DNA of 64,000 nt from Myxococcota bacterium (GTDB lineage Bacteria > Myxococcota_A > Polyangia > Polyangiales > Houyiibacteriaceae): contig JBCCEA010000009.1 in NCBI GenBank assembly GCA_039030515.1, positions 1-64,000 on the forward strand, given 5' to 3'. This document shows positions 61,201-64,000 of the stretch, piece by piece. The notes under the pieces were generated by a model that was not told where the DNA came from, ran no database searches, and saw only the letters and a list, made by a program, of their open reading frames with translations. The number at the start of each line of letters is the position of its first letter. Within the stretch, counting starts at the first letter, position 1. The translations under genes were made by a program, and so were the position numbers.

Positions 61201-63219
61201 GTCACCAGGGATATTGCTCTTGCGACCCGACTCTTGGTGCGCGCAAGTGAGCTTCGCGGTGCAGATGACAGTTCTGCGGCAAGGGACTTGGAAATGGCCC
61301 TCGAAATGGATCCAAACCAGGCAGCGATTGCCCCAAAACTAATTCGGCTTCTGCAAAAACTCGATCGCCACACGCATCTTATAGAGAATTTGGTTCGAGC
61401 AGCGCAAAACGCCTCCAACGCCACTGCGGCCGCCACACTGTACACCCGCGTCGCTAGGCTGCATGCGGAGCAACAAGATCCTCTGGCGGCGATCGCAGCC
61501 ATCAAGCGGGGACTGGCTCGAGACAGCGTCTTTGTTCCCGCGCTTTCGCTTCTCGCAAATCTACTTGAATCCCAGAGGCACTGGAACGAAACCGCTAACG
61601 TCCTCAACCGGATCATCGAATGCTCTTCTGATGCAGATACCGTCGTTGAAGCCAACCTGAGGTTGGCGAAAATCGCCAGCAAACATCTGCAAGACACGCA
61701 GCGCTCGCTTGTCGCCCTGCATGCGATACTGGCAACTAGGCCGAAGGATGTGCGGGCACTCGAAGAACTGGCCAAACTCGAAGCCAGACGCGGCAACACC
61801 GATCGCGCGATCGAGCTCATCCGCAGTCTGATTCCTCAGAGCCCAAACAAACGAACGCGCGCCCGCTACCTACTCTTGCTGGCCGGGTTCCAGCGTATCC
61901 AGGAAGATGTCGTCGAGGAGGGCAAAACTCTCGCCTCTGCCATCACCCTCACGGGCGCCTCGGGACCGGCGTCGAGTCGATTTAGGGAGCTGGCCATGCG
62001 CGGCAGCGCTCACTGGGACAGCATGGTCACGGCACTTCGGCGATTTATCGAGCGCGAGGAGACAGAAACCGAGAGGGCCGAGGCATACCTCGAGATCGCG
62101 AAAATCGAGTCTCAGCCTCTAAACCGACCAGACAGAGCGATCGCTACCCTCCGGAAGGGGAGAGACGAGCTGGCTCAGACTCCGCACATCCGAATCATGC
62201 TCTCGGAACTGCTCGGCAGCATCGGTTCGCTGGACGAGGCGCTTCGGGAGGCTCGAAAACTTACTCGGGAGCATGTCGATCGGAAAGACGCCTGGCTCCG
62301 ACTGAGCGAAGCCTTTGCTGCCAAGGGGGAGGCGGATGAAGCGAGGCGCGCCAAACTACCGCTTCTGATGATGAATCAAGTCAGTCCTCAAGAAGCCAAA
62401 GTACTGAGCGCACTCAAGACCCGTCCAGCCAGCGCTCCTCCTGGTTTGCTTGGCGACGCAGGGTTTCAAGAAATTCAGGTGGCCAATTGCCTGTCCCATC
62501 CGGCGAGCGCTCTGGTCGCTTCACTCTACGAAACCTTTGCCAAGCTTTATCCGGTCGATCTGGGGAAGTTCGGACTGGGCAAACGCGACCGTATCCCTCC
62601 AAAATCGCAAGAGCTACTTCGGGTGGCGACCGCACGGGTTGCGATGATCTTGGGAGTGCCTGACTTCGATCTCTATCAACATGATGCTTCTGCGCACGAC
62701 ATCAGTGTAGAACTCGGCCAGGTGCCGTCGCTTTTTATACCGAGATGGATCGGGGATCTACCGCGGGGAGAACTCATATTCATGCTTGCTCGCCCCATCG
62801 CACTCATGGCCAGAAATTTAGCCCCAATCGCTCGGATTCCGCTCGATCACCTCGTACTCACCTGCGTGGGCGCGGTCCGTCAGGTGGCGCCAGGGTTTGG
62901 CGAGGGAACAGCCCCCGACGAGGAACTCGATCATTACACTCGAGAAGTGCAAAAAGCAACGCCAAGGCGCGCTCGCAAAGAGCTGGAGAGTGCAGCCTTA
63001 CTTTTTGCGAATGCGCCGTGTGACCTTCACGCATGGGTCCATGCCGCGCAGGCTACCGCTGTCCGAGCCGCCCTACTCATTTCCGATGATTTGATAGGAG
63101 CCGCACGATGCGCCGGTAGACTCGACGAACGCGGGCCTGGAGAGGGCGGCCTTACCGATGAACTGCTGCGATTTTGGGGCTCGGAGGCCGCCAGCCGGTT
63201 TCGGTCTGCTATTTTGTGA
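58243..63219 (+). CDS. Giant TPR-repeat protein (AgmK-like) (ORF open from 58147)
   Basis: About 1660 aa of tandem TPR-like units (e.g. 'AAELYEAALELNP', 'ARTWYETALQHNP') and a distinct C-terminal domain; cytoplasmic. Confidence 0.88.
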   Translation: MHSNSVRPPPPPPQVVRSKKKLETRARTTVEHDEATILGGPKELLSLCETELASGPSDLRAARLHYEIAWFYETQTKEVSRATEHYLAATERDPESIRSLQGARRCLQALGRFPEAASTLVQEIELTRNACDRARLFYEHGRLLEDNIDAPEDAKQAYLKGLMFEPSNENLLKAVESWQRRFGEWAALEKTYERMDTVLDGDPKHQAALLAERARIAEHDAKDPTRAAELYEAALELNPDVSGAFIALRRLHHASGRWRDLVRLLDREVRVCDLPENRTAIMLEQSRYLEEKLGDLSRAVNSAERARVESPSHLGALRRLTTLYAKLGRHSDLVGILEELTTHRIPEAKTSLPLQIARTYEGPLSDTSKARTWYETALQHNPGLQAATAALSSIYRNSKSWTALIDMESAIVNSDSATVLERARSHASIAGVSEFELNRKDEAIEHHRSAVALFPGFEPSFSALCRLLATSAQFRALIELYEQEIDRSEGSENRISYLFRIGLLYEDRLNDPNAASHCYARVLRIKQDHRGAMQSMARSSASAQDWQTHVKALDLEAAIEEQITRKVRLETRAAEVTYEKLNDVHGALGRLVAIRRAAPKDELVLNLLGTLLYETGRWRDFVEVRGAQRELVEPGEAWVKLSLEMAAASEQLAENERALELYLEALTVSPTNTEGLRCTARLLEAKGAFEQLAKVFEQQRNVTTAECGRVELSLQLGRIWEEHLSDKKTALYWYGKALEDEPTSREALGAQARVLATEGTRNKLASSLIEQSKRTEEQTLAHDASLAAGHVLVSEIGAKDRAIQCFRGMLSKTPNHIGALIALEGLYLAKQSPEDLVEIYRTQYEALGSEPSKVAVLRQWARYAKQSSNPQSQAEAQRELLKLLPNDREALEASVDFQKQNGDENGAIQSKRALAHTETDPSRLVHHQLELASMLETSDPRGSLAAYQSAIRTDPESLNAVRGLSRLAQILSLPESLREAAQLEAKVTRDIALATRLLVRASELRGADDSSAARDLEMALEMDPNQAAIAPKLIRLLQKLDRHTHLIENLVRAAQNASNATAAATLYTRVARLHAEQQDPLAAIAAIKRGLARDSVFVPALSLLANLLESQRHWNETANVLNRIIECSSDADTVVEANLRLAKIASKHLQDTQRSLVALHAILATRPKDVRALEELAKLEARRGNTDRAIELIRSLIPQSPNKRTRARYLLLLAGFQRIQEDVVEEGKTLASAITLTGASGPASSRFRELAMRGSAHWDSMVTALRRFIEREETETERAEAYLEIAKIESQPLNRPDRAIATLRKGRDELAQTPHIRIMLSELLGSIGSLDEALREARKLTREHVDRKDAWLRLSEAFAAKGEADEARRAKLPLLMMNQVSPQEAKVLSALKTRPASAPPGLLGDAGFQEIQVANCLSHPASALVASLYETFAKLYPVDLGKFGLGKRDRIPPKSQELLRVATARVAMILGVPDFDLYQHDASAHDISVELGQVPSLFIPRWIGDLPRGELIFMLARPIALMARNLAPIARIPLDHLVLTCVGAVRQVAPGFGEGTAPDEELDHYTREVQKATPRRARKELESAALLFANAPCDLHAWVHAAQATAVRAALLISDDLIGAARCAGRLDERGPGEGGLTDELLRFWGSEAASRFRSAIL

Positions 63220-63224
63220 GCTTT

Positions 63225-63962
63225 TTACTCGAAGAAAATCCGCTCGCCGAGCTCAGCCTCTGCAGCCGAAAGCATACCCCGACGAACGACCAACCAGGTA
63301 CGCAGCTGACGATCGGTGAGTACATCGTTCAGATCTGAAGCTTCACCCAAATCGACCCGCCGCTTCAGCCCTTCCATCACGGTCCGCAAGCCTATCGATC
63401 CCTGCTCACCAAAAGGCTCGTATTCGGTGCCGCCCGAGGCGCCAAATGCGATTTGAATCCATGTCCGCTGCGCGTCTAGTCGGAGTGTTGAAAGCAACTC
63501 GGGAGTTTGCTCGCCAAATGCAAGTCGTACTTCCTCTTCAAATACCCAACGACGACGCTCGATCACGGCTCCGTACGCGGCGATCAGTTCATTTTTCGGT
63601 AACCATGCCGCAAGTCGGGGGCGGCCCAAATGATTCAAGGCCCCTTGCTCCTCGACGCGCCAATCATCCTTGTACCCGCTTGGCAATCGGAGATCGTTCA
63701 TTTCGCGCCCGAGATGATCCAGCCCTCCTTCATTGAAACTGTGGGCAAGCTCCGTCGCTGACGAAACGACTTTGGGTCCAGCTTCACGACAGGCGATGGC
63801 CACGACGAGCGCTCGATCGAGACGTGCGTCCACCAGGCTCAGTATCTCGAGTTGCGCCTCAAGAGAACGGCGACGGTGTGCTCCATCGCGGCTGTCCTCC
63901 CGCAACCACTCCGCAACCATCTCTATCTGCAGCTTCCAACCACCTCCAGGAGCGCGGCGCAT
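63225..63962 (-). CDS. Hypothetical protein, probably truncated by the window edge
   Basis: The frame stays open upstream of ATG 63962 to position 64000; convergent with the TPR gene. Confidence 0.6.
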   Translation of the reverse strand: MRRAPGGGWKLQIEMVAEWLREDSRDGAHRRRSLEAQLEILSLVDARLDRALVVAIACREAGPKVVSSATELAHSFNEGGLDHLGREMNDLRLPSGYKDDWRVEEQGALNHLGRPRLAAWLPKNELIAAYGAVIERRRWVFEEEVRLAFGEQTPELLSTLRLDAQRTWIQIAFGASGGTEYEPFGEQGSIGLRTVMEGLKRRVDLGEASDLNDVLTDRQLRTWLVVRRGMLSAAEAELGERIFFE

Positions 63963-64000
63963 CAGGCCTACCGGCCGAGGTCTTCCCAGGCTTCCATCGA

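Overview
A 64-kb, GC-rich chromosomal segment that looks myxobacterial (Myxococcota, probably Polyangia/Sandaracinaceae-like). This is inferred from the zinc-ribbon/GYF protein, DAG-repeat lipoproteins, a PEGA/TPR protein, Hanks-type Ser/Thr kinases, a giant TPR protein and a bactofilin. Core genes include a FadR-like TetR regulator with etfBA, pepA, comEA, murA-hisG, lnt, NAD kinase, transaldolase, era-der, a partial ATP synthase operon (b', b, delta, alpha, gamma), hom and prmA-rsmE. I see no rRNA, tRNA, CRISPR array, transposase, integrase or phage genes. The most notable items: (1) a modular, dispersed REP/MITE-like repeat family at about 30-227 and 48117-48405; (2) an apparently ATPase-dead, membrane-bound sigma54-activator-like gene and a plant-FHY1-like HAD hydrolase placed where atpD/atpC normally follow atpG, plus a long insertion in AtpA; (3) an AT-richer sulfotransferase / GT-sulfotransferase fusion / ABC exporter operon; (4) several eukaryote-like enzymes; (5) repeated short tandem duplications at start and stop codons. 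All family assignments come from motif recognition and recall, not database searches.
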